Of a DNA stretch of 64,000 nt, positions 37,035-46,121 are shown in pieces (position 1 is the stretch's first letter; every line of letters begins with the position of its first letter). This stretch comes from a virus (Duplodnaviria > Caudoviricetes). Made by a program: the position numbers and the translations under genes. Below the pieces are notes generated by a model. It was not told where the DNA came from. It saw nothing but the letters and a program-made list of their open reading frames with translations, and did no database searches. The DNA is taken from positions 18,197 through 82,196 of the IMG/VR virus record IMGVR_UViG_3300033073_001109. The stretch is one strand, 5' to 3'.

Positions 37035-37156
37035 TGGGCAAACCATATTTAGAAGCACAAAATTTCTTGCCACCAAGTATTGTTGGCAATCATGTTTTTG
37101 TGGAAATAGGCAGTGATCGCGGAGTAATTATGAGAAGAGTTGACAACTCTTGTTAA
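37034..37156 (+). pseudogene. Truncated methyltransferase-like remnant (40 aa)
   Basis: TAATG coupling to uvsW; VFVEIGSDRG resembles SAM-binding motif I, then the frame runs into promoter DNA and stops. Confidence 0.45.
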
Positions 37157-37174
37157 AACATGTACACTTATACT
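37135..37174 (+). promoter_or_regulatory. Sigma70-like promoter with a palindrome centred on -35
   Basis: AAGAGTTG-A-CAACTCTT containing TTGACA (37140-37145); TACACT 17 nt downstream. Confidence 0.55.
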
Positions 37175-37176
37175 AT

Positions 37177-37677
37177 ATGAAGATATTAACTCTTGACAAT
37201 GTACCTTACGACCTTGATCATTTGCCCGACGAAGTAGATGACATGCGGTTTGCAATTTTAGATAATTCTAATCCGTTAGATCCAGACTATCAATTTATTC
37301 CTTTGATCTTTCTTGAAAGTTTTACCAGCCCTGCATTGGTATTGCGAATCGGAAAAACCACTCTCAAAATGCCCATGGATTGGCAAATATTAATTGGTGA
37401 ACCAGACATTGGCGACCTTGAAATGCTACCGCTGACATCTATAAATGATCGTGGATTCAAAGTATTTCAATTTAATCCGCTTTCAAGTTTTAGGCCCAGT
37501 TTCCCCGACATTGAAATTTTAGACGTGTATCACGAAGTCAACTGGTACGCACCCAAACTAAAGAACGGGCAAATACTGGCAGTTCCAATAGATGACGAAG
37601 AACAGCCAGACTGTGTATACTTTGTAAAGGATATCAGTCGCAACTGCGAAATTGTAGACTACAACAAGGCGTGGTAA
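37177..37677 (+). CDS. Hypothetical protein
   Basis: MKILTLDN...; acidic, beta-rich. Confidence 0.75.
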   Translation: MKILTLDNVPYDLDHLPDEVDDMRFAILDNSNPLDPDYQFIPLIFLESFTSPALVLRIGKTTLKMPMDWQILIGEPDIGDLEMLPLTSINDRGFKVFQFNPLSSFRPSFPDIEILDVYHEVNWYAPKLKNGQILAVPIDDEEQPDCVYFVKDISRNCEIVDYNKAW

Positions 37678-38009
37678 TGTTAAAATATTCTAATCATGAC
37701 GTTGGTGGCGAAGTTGTCAAAGACAACGAAACATATTTTCTGAAAGACAATCGAACTCTGAAAAATCTTGTGCTGAGTTCTACCAAACTGTATCGAGGAC
37801 AATCTACTCGTGGGCATAGCCATGCAGGACAAGAAGAAGTTTATTTCTTTGTACAAGGCACAGGCATGATGCTTGTAGACGAAGAAAAGTTTCGTGTTAA
37901 CCCTGGTGATATTATTCTCGTCCCCGACGGTGCGTTTCACAGAGTAATCAACGACGGCGAAATGCATCTTGTGTTTAACTGTGTATTTGATGGAAAACGA
38001 AACCACTGA
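37677..38009 (+). CDS. Cupin-domain protein
   Basis: GHSHAGQEEVYFFVQGTG...GDIILVPDGAFHRVIN. Confidence 0.85.
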   Translation: MLKYSNHDVGGEVVKDNETYFLKDNRTLKNLVLSSTKLYRGQSTRGHSHAGQEEVYFFVQGTGMMLVDEEKFRVNPGDIILVPDGAFHRVINDGEMHLVFNCVFDGKRNH

Positions 38010-38010
38010 C

Positions 38011-38253
38011 ATGGGCTCACTCACTCCCGGCGCAACTTACATTTATGAACGTGTGGCAGGCACAATTTTTGCCCGAGAATTTGGTAAGACTGAACGCAAA
38101 GCAGTGGGGTATACCACTGACATGAGTCCAGAAATGCAACTGTACCGCAGTGAAATGAATCAAGTGCTGTTGATGTGTGAGCAAGATCCGGCCATGCGAG
38201 ATTTGCTAGATCAACTGTTTGTGTTGTATAATTTAAAGAAAACACATGAGTGA
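38011..38253 (+). CDS. Small hypothetical protein
   Basis: MGSLTPGATYIYER...; fills the operon gap. Confidence 0.65.
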   Translation: MGSLTPGATYIYERVAGTIFAREFGKTERKAVGYTTDMSPEMQLYRSEMNQVLLMCEQDPAMRDLLDQLFVLYNLKKTHE

Positions 38254-38689
38254 CAAACTAAACATTGCTAACGAGATGCGTATGTTTGACCGCAAGGTCA
38301 GATCATTCTATGACGACCTTACCCCTGAAGAAAAGAAAAAGTTTTCAAACTATCTTATGATTCGCTGGGGATCAGCAGTAGAAGGATCACGCGAACTTCA
38401 AGAGTTTTATGTGATTGCTACAAATGAAAGATTGAACAAACATTTCTTTGATGTTAACAAGCACCCTAAACTACAATGGCTCATGGCAACTAGTGTGAGT
38501 CCGGGAATGGGCACACCGCGACATCCGTGGATTGCTCCTAAGAAAAAAGAAGCCGGTGCCGGACCAAAGCGCAAGGCCTTACAAGCAATCTTTCCGACCT
38601 ACAAAGACGACGAAATTGATGTTATGATGGCGCTGTGGTCGCAAAAAGACATTGATGCTTATAACAAACGTTTAGGTCAGGAAAAATGA
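38246..38689 (+). CDS. gp62: Clamp-loader small subunit (gp62-like)
   Basis: FSNYLMIRW, N-x-N-K-HFF, KHPKLQW; resembles T4-like clamp-loader A subunits. Confidence 0.6.
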   Translation: MSDKLNIANEMRMFDRKVRSFYDDLTPEEKKKFSNYLMIRWGSAVEGSRELQEFYVIATNERLNKHFFDVNKHPKLQWLMATSVSPGMGTPRHPWIAPKKKEAGAGPKRKALQAIFPTYKDDEIDVMMALWSQKDIDAYNKRLGQEK

Positions 38690-39360
38690 CATACGTTTGC
38701 GAGTTCTGTCATAAAGAGTTTATGAAAGAAACGTCTATTGCGGTTCACATGTGTGAGCCCAAGCGTCGACGCATGCAACGGGACGAACCTGGTGTGCGAT
38801 TTGGTATGCAAGCGTATTTGAGATTTTATGAAGTACACCAAGGCAGTGCCAAGCTAAAAACATACGATGACTTTTGTGATTCTAGTTACTACAGAGCTTT
38901 TGTTAAATTTGGCAACTACTGCGTAAACACTCACGTAATTGCCCCACATAGATTTTTAGATTGGTTATTAAAACAAAACAAGAAAATTGATCGCTGGTGC
39001 AGTGACACACTATACACTGAATATCTACAAGAGCATCTGCTGGTAGAATCAGTGCAGGATGCTTTAGAGCGTAGCATTGAACAAAGTATTCGGTGGGAAG
39101 AACGCACAGGAAACCCTGCCCGAGATATGTTGCGTTACGGAAATCAAAATGCTCTATGTTATGATATCACCACAGGTCGCATCAGTCCGTGGGTGATTTA
39201 CAACTCTGAGGCAGGGCAGAAGTTTCTAAACGAAATATCTGCAGAACAAGTGCAAATGATTTGGCCTTACATCAACAGTGATCGTTGGCACAAGAAGTTT
39301 ACAGATTACCCGGCCGATCAAGCCTGGGTCAAAGATATATTAGAGAAAGCGGGATGGTAA
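38686..39360 (+). CDS. Zinc-finger-containing hypothetical protein
   Basis: YVCEFCHKEFMKETSIAVHMC (C-x2-C-x12-H-x-C). Confidence 0.7.
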   Translation: MTYVCEFCHKEFMKETSIAVHMCEPKRRRMQRDEPGVRFGMQAYLRFYEVHQGSAKLKTYDDFCDSSYYRAFVKFGNYCVNTHVIAPHRFLDWLLKQNKKIDRWCSDTLYTEYLQEHLLVESVQDALERSIEQSIRWEERTGNPARDMLRYGNQNALCYDITTGRISPWVIYNSEAGQKFLNEISAEQVQMIWPYINSDRWHKKFTDYPADQAWVKDILEKAGW

Positions 39361-39361
39361 T

Positions 39362-39721
39362 ATGCTAGGCGGAATTAGTGCAGGAAGATATCTTGAAGTA
39401 ACTGGCGGCGGGTCAACCCATGTTCCTAAGTCTTACAACAGCAATCAATACATGGCTGGAGACATGAGATACGATCTTGACAATCAATGTATCAAGGTAT
39501 TTGATGGTACTAACTGGCAAAGCATGATCAATACTCATGCCACGATAAATTTAAACTCTGAAGCACAACTACTGCTGGAGTGGGCTAAACAAAAACGAGA
39601 AGAAGAATTAATGATCAAATCATTGGCCCAAATACATCCCGCAGTGGCAGATGCTCTCGAAGCAGTAAAGAAAGCCCAAGAGCAAGTTCGTATTGTGGCG
39701 GCATTGGTAGATACAGCATGA
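39362..39721 (+). CDS. Hypothetical protein
   Basis: 119 aa, coupled in the operon. Confidence 0.7.
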   Translation: MLGGISAGRYLEVTGGGSTHVPKSYNSNQYMAGDMRYDLDNQCIKVFDGTNWQSMINTHATINLNSEAQLLLEWAKQKREEELMIKSLAQIHPAVADALEAVKKAQEQVRIVAALVDTA

Positions 39722-40296
39722 GTGCAGACATTGACATTGACATGCCCAACAGGGACGCATTGCTGAAACTGATTCGGCATGTGCCTGCACGATTGGAAGT
39801 CAACGGAAAAATACGTAAACATAATTCAGGTATCTACGTCACAGAGATACCCACCGATCCTGTGCATGATTGTGCGGCACTGGATTATGAGTCAGCCGAG
39901 AAACGTGGTTATTTCAAAATCGATTTGCTGAATATGAGTGTTTACAACTTGATTCAAAGCCCCGAACACTATGAACAAATGTTGAACACCACACCTCCAT
40001 GGTCGAGACTGTGGACTGACGGACCTTGGGCCTCTCAACTGGTACACGTAGGAAATTACACAGACTTACTCAAAATAATGAAGCCAGATTCGATACCTAG
40101 GATGGCCGCCTTTATTAGTATCATTCGGCCGGGCAAAGCACACTTACAGACACGCCCTTGGACAGAAGTATTTGCATCAGTGTGGGATGGAGACGAAAGC
40201 CGGGGATATACATTTAAGAAAAGCCACGCAGTTTCCTACGCGGCCCTGGTAGCATTGCACATGAATTTACTCAACACGCCTAACCAAAGTAATTGA
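39718..40296 (+). CDS. Miniature DnaE (Pol III alpha, family C)-like protein
   Basis: DIDID, KHNSGIYV, GYFKIDLL, AAFISIIRPG and GYTFKKSHAVSYA are colinear with DnaE DFDVD, HAGGVVI, GLVKFDFL, ALVALFRPG and GYGFNKSHSAAYA. Confidence 0.8.
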   Translation: MSADIDIDMPNRDALLKLIRHVPARLEVNGKIRKHNSGIYVTEIPTDPVHDCAALDYESAEKRGYFKIDLLNMSVYNLIQSPEHYEQMLNTTPPWSRLWTDGPWASQLVHVGNYTDLLKIMKPDSIPRMAAFISIIRPGKAHLQTRPWTEVFASVWDGDESRGYTFKKSHAVSYAALVALHMNLLNTPNQSN

Positions 40297-40644
40297 TTTG
40301 CGCTTGCTCTTACGGCGTGCAATATCAGTTAAACTACACACAGGCCCGTGTAGAATTTCAAGGTCTTTGTTTGAAAATGTGCGCAAGGTATATCTAAACT
40401 TTTCCCAATCTGTGCGTAAAAAGATATTAATGGGGATTGAACGATTTGATTCCCACCACCACTGACTGGCCAGTTCTAAAAACTCAACTTTTTCTTGTTG
40501 TGTAAGTACTGACCCAAAGTCGTAGATTGTAGTAACCGCATCGTCGCGATTTTGTACTACTCCAATATACTCTGCGTTTGCGTATACGCACAGTGTTATA
40601 AAGGGATATTTTTCAGCCAATTTTTCGAAGATATTGTTACCCAT
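40267..40644 (-). CDS. Hypothetical protein
   Basis: 125-aa ORF; WWWESNRSIPINIFL; convergent with mini-DnaE. Confidence 0.7.
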   Translation of the reverse strand: MGNNIFEKLAEKYPFITLCVYANAEYIGVVQNRDDAVTTIYDFGSVLTQQEKVEFLELASQWWWESNRSIPINIFLRTDWEKFRYTLRTFSNKDLEILHGPVCSLTDIARRKSKRKSITLVRRVE

Positions 40645-40665
40645 AAATACTTGTCGAGGATTCCT

Positions 40666-41736
40666 ATGTATTCGACCACTGCATACTTATACCAACAGAT
40701 AACCAAAGTTTTGTTAGTTGACACCAGCGGTGGCTATTTCACAGCGAGGTATGACCCAGTGTACGCAAAAACCCTAACAGTTAACAAGGGCGTTGATAAC
40801 GTCCTGCTATTTGAATTTATCAATCAAGACCAGAAGCCAGTAAACATCACAGGTTCTACATTTGTTTTTAGACTTATGAACCAAACCGGGGATAGATTAT
40901 TGTTGGAAAAAGAAATGGAAATTCTTAGTGCGCCCACTGGACGTGTCAAAGTGGTATTAAACTCTGCTGATACCATTGACATAGTTGCACAGCCCGGTAG
41001 CTACAGCATTCAGAGAGCAGCCGGTAGTTATGTTCAAGCAGTGTTTGTTGATGCTGATGCTGGTGCTAGAGCAGACTGTAACATTGTTGACAGTATCTTC
41101 CCAGACTTTGTGCCCAGCAAAGAACTAACTATACCCACTGTAACTGGATACCAAACCTGGCAACAACCAGCACCACAATCATGGCCTGACTGGGCACTGC
41201 AACCAGCCCCAATTAATCGCACACAAATGACTGAATACTACAGCAGTGAAATGCCTACCAATGGTCTGGCATTCACTACAATCAAGTACGATCTTGTACA
41301 CTTTACCGGCACAATCAAAGTACAAGGAGCCCAGGATTATTTGGCTGTGTGGAACGACGTAACAGAAAGCCGACAGTACTACGATGAAACCAAAACTGAT
41401 TACTGGACTGTAGTTGGATTTCATCCATTGCTTCGACTTGCTCTTAACCAAAGTATTGGCAGTGGTGCTTCGGCCAATGCTGTGGTATCCGATGGTGTGG
41501 TCACGGGTATTTCAGTGACCACTGGTGGCACAGGCTTTCAGGCACCTCCTTATGTTCAAATTTTAGGAGATGGTGCTGGAGCCACAGCAGTGAGCCAGAT
41601 TAACGCCGGCGGTGTGGTAACAGGAATCACAGTTACCAATGGCGGTTCAGGCTATGTGCCAATTCAATATCAAGGCTCAATTTCGGCCACTGTGGTCATC
41701 AGCAACGGACTTTGTGTTAACCTAATGTATAGATAA
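40666..41736 (+). CDS. Putative structural (baseplate/tail) protein
   Basis: TAAATA at 40644 and GAGGA RBS; KGVDNVLLFEFINQDQKPV; C-terminal Gly-rich VTxGGxG repeats. Confidence 0.6.
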   Translation: MYSTTAYLYQQITKVLLVDTSGGYFTARYDPVYAKTLTVNKGVDNVLLFEFINQDQKPVNITGSTFVFRLMNQTGDRLLLEKEMEILSAPTGRVKVVLNSADTIDIVAQPGSYSIQRAAGSYVQAVFVDADAGARADCNIVDSIFPDFVPSKELTIPTVTGYQTWQQPAPQSWPDWALQPAPINRTQMTEYYSSEMPTNGLAFTTIKYDLVHFTGTIKVQGAQDYLAVWNDVTESRQYYDETKTDYWTVVGFHPLLRLALNQSIGSGASANAVVSDGVVTGISVTTGGTGFQAPPYVQILGDGAGATAVSQINAGGVVTGITVTNGGSGYVPIQYQGSISATVVISNGLCVNLMYR

Positions 41737-41768
41737 TTCTTGCAACTGTACAAGAATTACGCTATAAT
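41734..41768 (+). promoter_or_regulatory. Primase promoter with inverted repeat
   Basis: TAATTCTTG-N8-CAAGAATTA over TTGCAA-N17-TATAAT; ATG 6 nt after the -10 box. Confidence 0.7.
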
Positions 41769-41774
41769 ATACAG

Positions 41775-42746
41775 ATGCTTGACATCTTAAACTACCTGCC
41801 TGCAAAGCGTAAATCTACTCCTTCGGGCTGGATCAGTTTCAATGCACCCTGTTGCAATGATAAACGAGGCCGCGGCGGTATCAAGCTAACCGATCAAAGT
41901 TGGAGTTATCATTGTTTCAATTGTGGGCGCACAGGCAGTTTTGTCATGGGCCGTAGCGTAAGTTTTAAAGCTCGCAGTTTGCTCAAACTTTTAAATGTGC
42001 CCGACATAGAAATTGAACAACTGAATCTTGAAAGCCTGAGACATCGTAGCATACATGGTATCTTGGATGATCGAGCCAGAGTTGTCAACGAAGTCAGTGA
42101 TATTCACTTTGAAGAGTTTGATGACTTTCCTCCTGCCAGTGAAATTATCACTCCCGAGCTGCCACTGTATTGGAACTACATCCGAGATCGACGGGTGCCT
42201 GAAAACTTCCCAGCCATGACTACCATACGGACAGACGGCATTCATTGGGTAAGGCCGCATGTGGTAATTCCGTTTACCTACGATGACAAACTAGTAGGAT
42301 GGTGTGCTAGATTCTTAGATGGTAAAGCACCCAAGTACATCAATCATGCACAACCAGGTTATGTGTTTGGCACAGACCTGCAACATGACAATTGGCAGCA
42401 TGTGTTGGTCATGGAAGGCATCTTTGATGCTCTCAGCATCGGTGGCTTGGCAGTGATGCACAACACAGTGAGTGACCGACAGGCCCGACTGATACGCAAC
42501 CTTGGTCGTGAAATCACAGTGATTCCTGATCAAGATGAAGCAGGCATGGAACTTGTGGATCGTGCGCTGGAACTGGGATGGGCAGTGAGCATGCCTGACT
42601 GGGAACCAGGAGTAAAAGATGTCAATGATGCAGTAGTAAAGTATGGCCGCCTAACAACTTTGCTAACTATAATGCAAGCTCGGGAAACCAGTAGAATCAA
42701 AATTGAATTAAGGAAGAAACAACTTGTTAAAAGACTACGGAGTTGA
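41775..42746 (+). CDS. gp61: DNA primase (Zn ribbon plus TOPRIM)
   Basis: PCC...HCFNC; EGIFDA; DQDEAG; KDVND. Confidence 0.85.
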   Translation: MLDILNYLPAKRKSTPSGWISFNAPCCNDKRGRGGIKLTDQSWSYHCFNCGRTGSFVMGRSVSFKARSLLKLLNVPDIEIEQLNLESLRHRSIHGILDDRARVVNEVSDIHFEEFDDFPPASEIITPELPLYWNYIRDRRVPENFPAMTTIRTDGIHWVRPHVVIPFTYDDKLVGWCARFLDGKAPKYINHAQPGYVFGTDLQHDNWQHVLVMEGIFDALSIGGLAVMHNTVSDRQARLIRNLGREITVIPDQDEAGMELVDRALELGWAVSMPDWEPGVKDVNDAVVKYGRLTTLLTIMQARETSRIKIELRKKQLVKRLRS

Positions 42747-44172
42747 TGTTCAACGACTATTTTTGGAAATGATGTTGGAGGATGCACAGAGCTATGTGCG
42801 TGTTCAGAACATTTATAATCCTGCAAACTTTGACAAGAGTTTGAGACCTGTGGCTGAGTTCATCAAAGAACACAGCGCCAAATTCAATACATTGCCAGAC
42901 CGCACACAGATTGCCGCAGCCACTGGTGTCAAACTTCAAACTGTGCCCGACTTGAATGAAGGGCACTACAATTGGTTCATGGAAGAGTTTGAAGCGTTTA
43001 CTAAACGTCAAGAACTAGAGAGAGCTATTCTCAAGTCAGCAGATTTGCTGGAAAAAGGTGAGTTTGAGCCTGTGGAGAAACTGATCAAGGATGCGGTACA
43101 AATATCGTTGACCAAAGATCTTGGCACAGACTTTTGGCTAGATCCCGAAGGCATGTTTGCCAAATATTTTGATGCTGGCGGTCAAGTATCAACAGGGTGG
43201 CCACAGTTGGACAAATTGCTGTATGGCGGTTTTAGTCGCGGAGAACTCAATATCTTTGCTGGCGGGTCAGGCTCAGGAAAATCCTTGGTAATGATGAACA
43301 TTGCGTTGAACTGGGTGCAACAAGGACTCAACGGTGTATACATTACACTAGAACTTTCAGAAGAGCTAACGGGTTTGCGTACAGCAGCCATGCTGGCTAA
43401 TATGTCAACCAAAGATATTCGCCGTGACAAAGAAACTGCGGCGCTCAAAGTCAAGATGGTGGGCAAAAAAGCCGGTAGTTATCAAGTTAAAGCCTTGCCA
43501 GCACAGAGCAACATCAACGATATTCGCGCTTTTTTAAAAGAGTATCAGATCAAAACAGGCAAGCGTGTGGACTTTATGATGATTGACTATTTGGATTTGC
43601 TGATGCCCGTGAGTGCCAAAGTCAGTCCCAATGACTTGTTTGTCAAAGACAAGTATGTTTCAGAAGAACTCCGAAATTTAGCCAAAGAACTTGGCATACT
43701 AATGGTAACTGCATCGCAGTTAAACAGATCCGCTGTGGAAGAAGTTGAATTTGATCACTCACACATCTCAGGTGGTATTTCAAAGATCAACACAGCAGAT
43801 AATGTGTTTGGTATTTTTACAAGCCGTGCTATGAAAGAGCGTGGCAAGTATCAAATACAGTGTATGAAGAGTCGCTCATCAACGGGCGTTGGACAAAAAA
43901 TTGATCTGGAGTATAACATTGAAACCATGCGCATTACTGATCCCGGAATTGAAGACACGGACTCATTCCGTGGCGGCCCCAAACCATCAATCATGGATGC
44001 AATCAAAGCCAAGGCAACAGTCAGCACTGCTAACTCCGACGAGGATAATGCACCGCCAAAATTTGAACGTGCAACAGGAACCCCTGCATGGGAGCAGGGG
44101 CCTAAAGTAACAGCAGATGTGCAGAGCAACAAACTCAAACAACTGCTAGGACAGATCAAATCAGGAAGTTAA
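42724..44172 (+). CDS. gp41: Replicative DnaB/gp41-like helicase
   Basis: GGSGSGKS, ITLEL, IDYLDL, TASQLNR, KSRSS. Confidence 0.92.
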   Translation: MLKDYGVDVQRLFLEMMLEDAQSYVRVQNIYNPANFDKSLRPVAEFIKEHSAKFNTLPDRTQIAAATGVKLQTVPDLNEGHYNWFMEEFEAFTKRQELERAILKSADLLEKGEFEPVEKLIKDAVQISLTKDLGTDFWLDPEGMFAKYFDAGGQVSTGWPQLDKLLYGGFSRGELNIFAGGSGSGKSLVMMNIALNWVQQGLNGVYITLELSEELTGLRTAAMLANMSTKDIRRDKETAALKVKMVGKKAGSYQVKALPAQSNINDIRAFLKEYQIKTGKRVDFMMIDYLDLLMPVSAKVSPNDLFVKDKYVSEELRNLAKELGILMVTASQLNRSAVEEVEFDHSHISGGISKINTADNVFGIFTSRAMKERGKYQIQCMKSRSSTGVGQKIDLEYNIETMRITDPGIEDTDSFRGGPKPSIMDAIKAKATVSTANSDEDNAPPKFERATGTPAWEQGPKVTADVQSNKLKQLLGQIKSGS

Positions 44173-45098
44173 GTTGCTGAACTCTTGATCACAACAAAGT
44201 TAAGCACAATAGCTTCGCCGAGGCTGCCCGAGCTCATGTTACCCACACTGATTCTGCAACTTCCTGACCCCACTGCATCAACTTGCACATTGTAGGCTCC
44301 AGCAGTGGCACCCGAAGCAATACACACATACACAACATCAGTTGACGCAATGTAACTGTTGGTCAAAGTGAAACTGACTTCTGCAGCCGCTGACAAACTG
44401 GCATTGTTCATAGTAATTTGACCGCAACGTTTGTTTAATGTTACGCCAGTGGATTTATTGGTAGACTGTGTCACGGTGCCACCAGTACCAGTGCTGTAGC
44501 CAACGGCTGCACCTGGACTGCCCAGCAACGGACGATTAAGGTCAAACATTGTGATAGTGGTGCCACCATCAGCAGTAAAGAAACGGAATTGATATGTTCC
44601 TGTGGCAGCAAATGTAATTATGTTAGAACTAATTCCTTGAACACCGGTAGTACCCAATGACACTGCGTAAGGTAAAGTTAAAGTATATGATGTACTAGTG
44701 ACATTGATAGCAAGATCGATGCTGCCGGCAGAACCTGCTGCTGGCCAATTGGTAAAATCTAAAAAAATAGATCCCGTGGTTGAAATATACTGAAATTGCC
44801 CGGCACTGTAGTCAACTGTAACTGTGCCTGATGTGGCGGTATTTTGAAACCATGTATAACTTACGTCTTGCAGTTTAACAGCATAAATGAGATTGTCATT
44901 CATGTTGTTGTCAAGGGTAGTTCCGGTTAGCGCAGATTTAAATACAGACTTGCTCTGCAACTCAGTTATTTCGTCTGCGGCATATTGGAAGTTTGTTTTG
45001 GTGTTGTTAAAATTGGTGCGCATGCCCTCGGTGCTGTTGGCTTGTCCAGCAATGGGGTAATTGCCATCGATGTTGTTGGGGTTAATTTGACTGGTCAT
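44169..45098 (-). CDS. Putative structural/tail-associated protein
   Basis: Minus-strand TAAATA at 45126-45121 and AGGA RBS; Thr/Ser/Gly-rich; GTVTQSTNKSTGVTLN; shares TTAA stop with the helicase. Confidence 0.7.
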   Translation of the reverse strand: MTSQINPNNIDGNYPIAGQANSTEGMRTNFNNTKTNFQYAADEITELQSKSVFKSALTGTTLDNNMNDNLIYAVKLQDVSYTWFQNTATSGTVTVDYSAGQFQYISTTGSIFLDFTNWPAAGSAGSIDLAINVTSTSYTLTLPYAVSLGTTGVQGISSNIITFAATGTYQFRFFTADGGTTITMFDLNRPLLGSPGAAVGYSTGTGGTVTQSTNKSTGVTLNKRCGQITMNNASLSAAAEVSFTLTNSYIASTDVVYVCIASGATAGAYNVQVDAVGSGSCRISVGNMSSGSLGEAIVLNFVVIKSSAT

Positions 45099-45169
45099 AA
45101 CTGTTCCTGTTTCTAATCAATATTTATTGTTTCAGCAAAAGCGGTAAATAATCCAAAGATTCCTGAGTC

Positions 45170-45418
45170 ATGCAAAAACACACAAAAAGCATTTTAGAAG
45201 AACTGGATAACTTGTATATCGAACGCGACAAGCGCCTGGTCATTGAAAATCGGGCCGCTAACATAATCGCCAGTGCTATACGTCTAGTAGAACAAATCGA
45301 AGCCGAGTTCCCTCCAGAACAAGCAGAGAATCTAACCCGTAAATTATTAAATGCAATAAGAACCAAAGATTCGGGTAAATTTTCTAGATCAGTGAGACGC
45401 ACCAATGCAGATACATGA
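45170..45418 (+). CDS. Small hypothetical protein
   Basis: TAAATA at 45145; helical 82 aa. Confidence 0.7.
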   Translation: MQKHTKSILEELDNLYIERDKRLVIENRAANIIASAIRLVEQIEAEFPPEQAENLTRKLLNAIRTKDSGKFSRSVRRTNADT

Positions 45419-46121
45419 AATAACAACTAAAAAAATCGCCGAGGGAGTTATGGACGCTCTTAGAGGTATTGGTAGTGTGGCAGCACAGGGCGTGAATCAA
45501 GCTCTTGGCACAAACATAGGCGGTGTCTCTGCTGGGGCCACTCTAGGACCAGGACAGCGCCAACAGGCAGCAATGCAAATCAATCAAGGATTGGCAGCCA
45601 AACAAGCCGAACAGTTATCGAAGCAATATATTCGATCAGTGACTTCTTTTTTACAACAAGCAGGAGTACAATCTCCTAGTCAGTTGGCGGCGACTACACA
45701 GGCTGCAATAAAGAAAGAAATAGATCAAATCATTTATGAACAACTGCTGTCTTACACTGGAGTAAGAGATTTAAATCAATTAGTTCCACTGGTGGATAAA
45801 AGCAACAAACAAACCATGCTTAATTTTATCAATCAGATTAACACGGCACGTCGTGGCTTATATTCTTTACCGGACCCACAAAATCCACAGGAAAGTTTGC
45901 ATTATTGGACAGAGATAACCAAAGCGGCGTCCGGGGCTAAAAATTTATTGTCTTTTGGAAAACAAAAAACTGCTGTTGGGCCAGCAACGGTTGGCGGTGA
46001 TATTGCCTACGACACAGCATCAGGGCAATTTACTTACAAAGGACAACCTTACGATGCCAATGATCCTGTACAAAAAGCAGCCATGTCACAATGGATGAAA
46101 TTGAATTATAAAAAACCATGA
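45405..46121 (+). CDS. Gln/Ala-rich hypothetical protein
   Basis: MQIHEIT...IAE-G N-terminus; overlaps neighbours. Confidence 0.7.
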   Translation: MQIHEITTKKIAEGVMDALRGIGSVAAQGVNQALGTNIGGVSAGATLGPGQRQQAAMQINQGLAAKQAEQLSKQYIRSVTSFLQQAGVQSPSQLAATTQAAIKKEIDQIIYEQLLSYTGVRDLNQLVPLVDKSNKQTMLNFINQINTARRGLYSLPDPQNPQESLHYWTEITKAASGAKNLLSFGKQKTAVGPATVGGDIAYDTASGQFTYKGQPYDANDPVQKAAMSQWMKLNYKKP

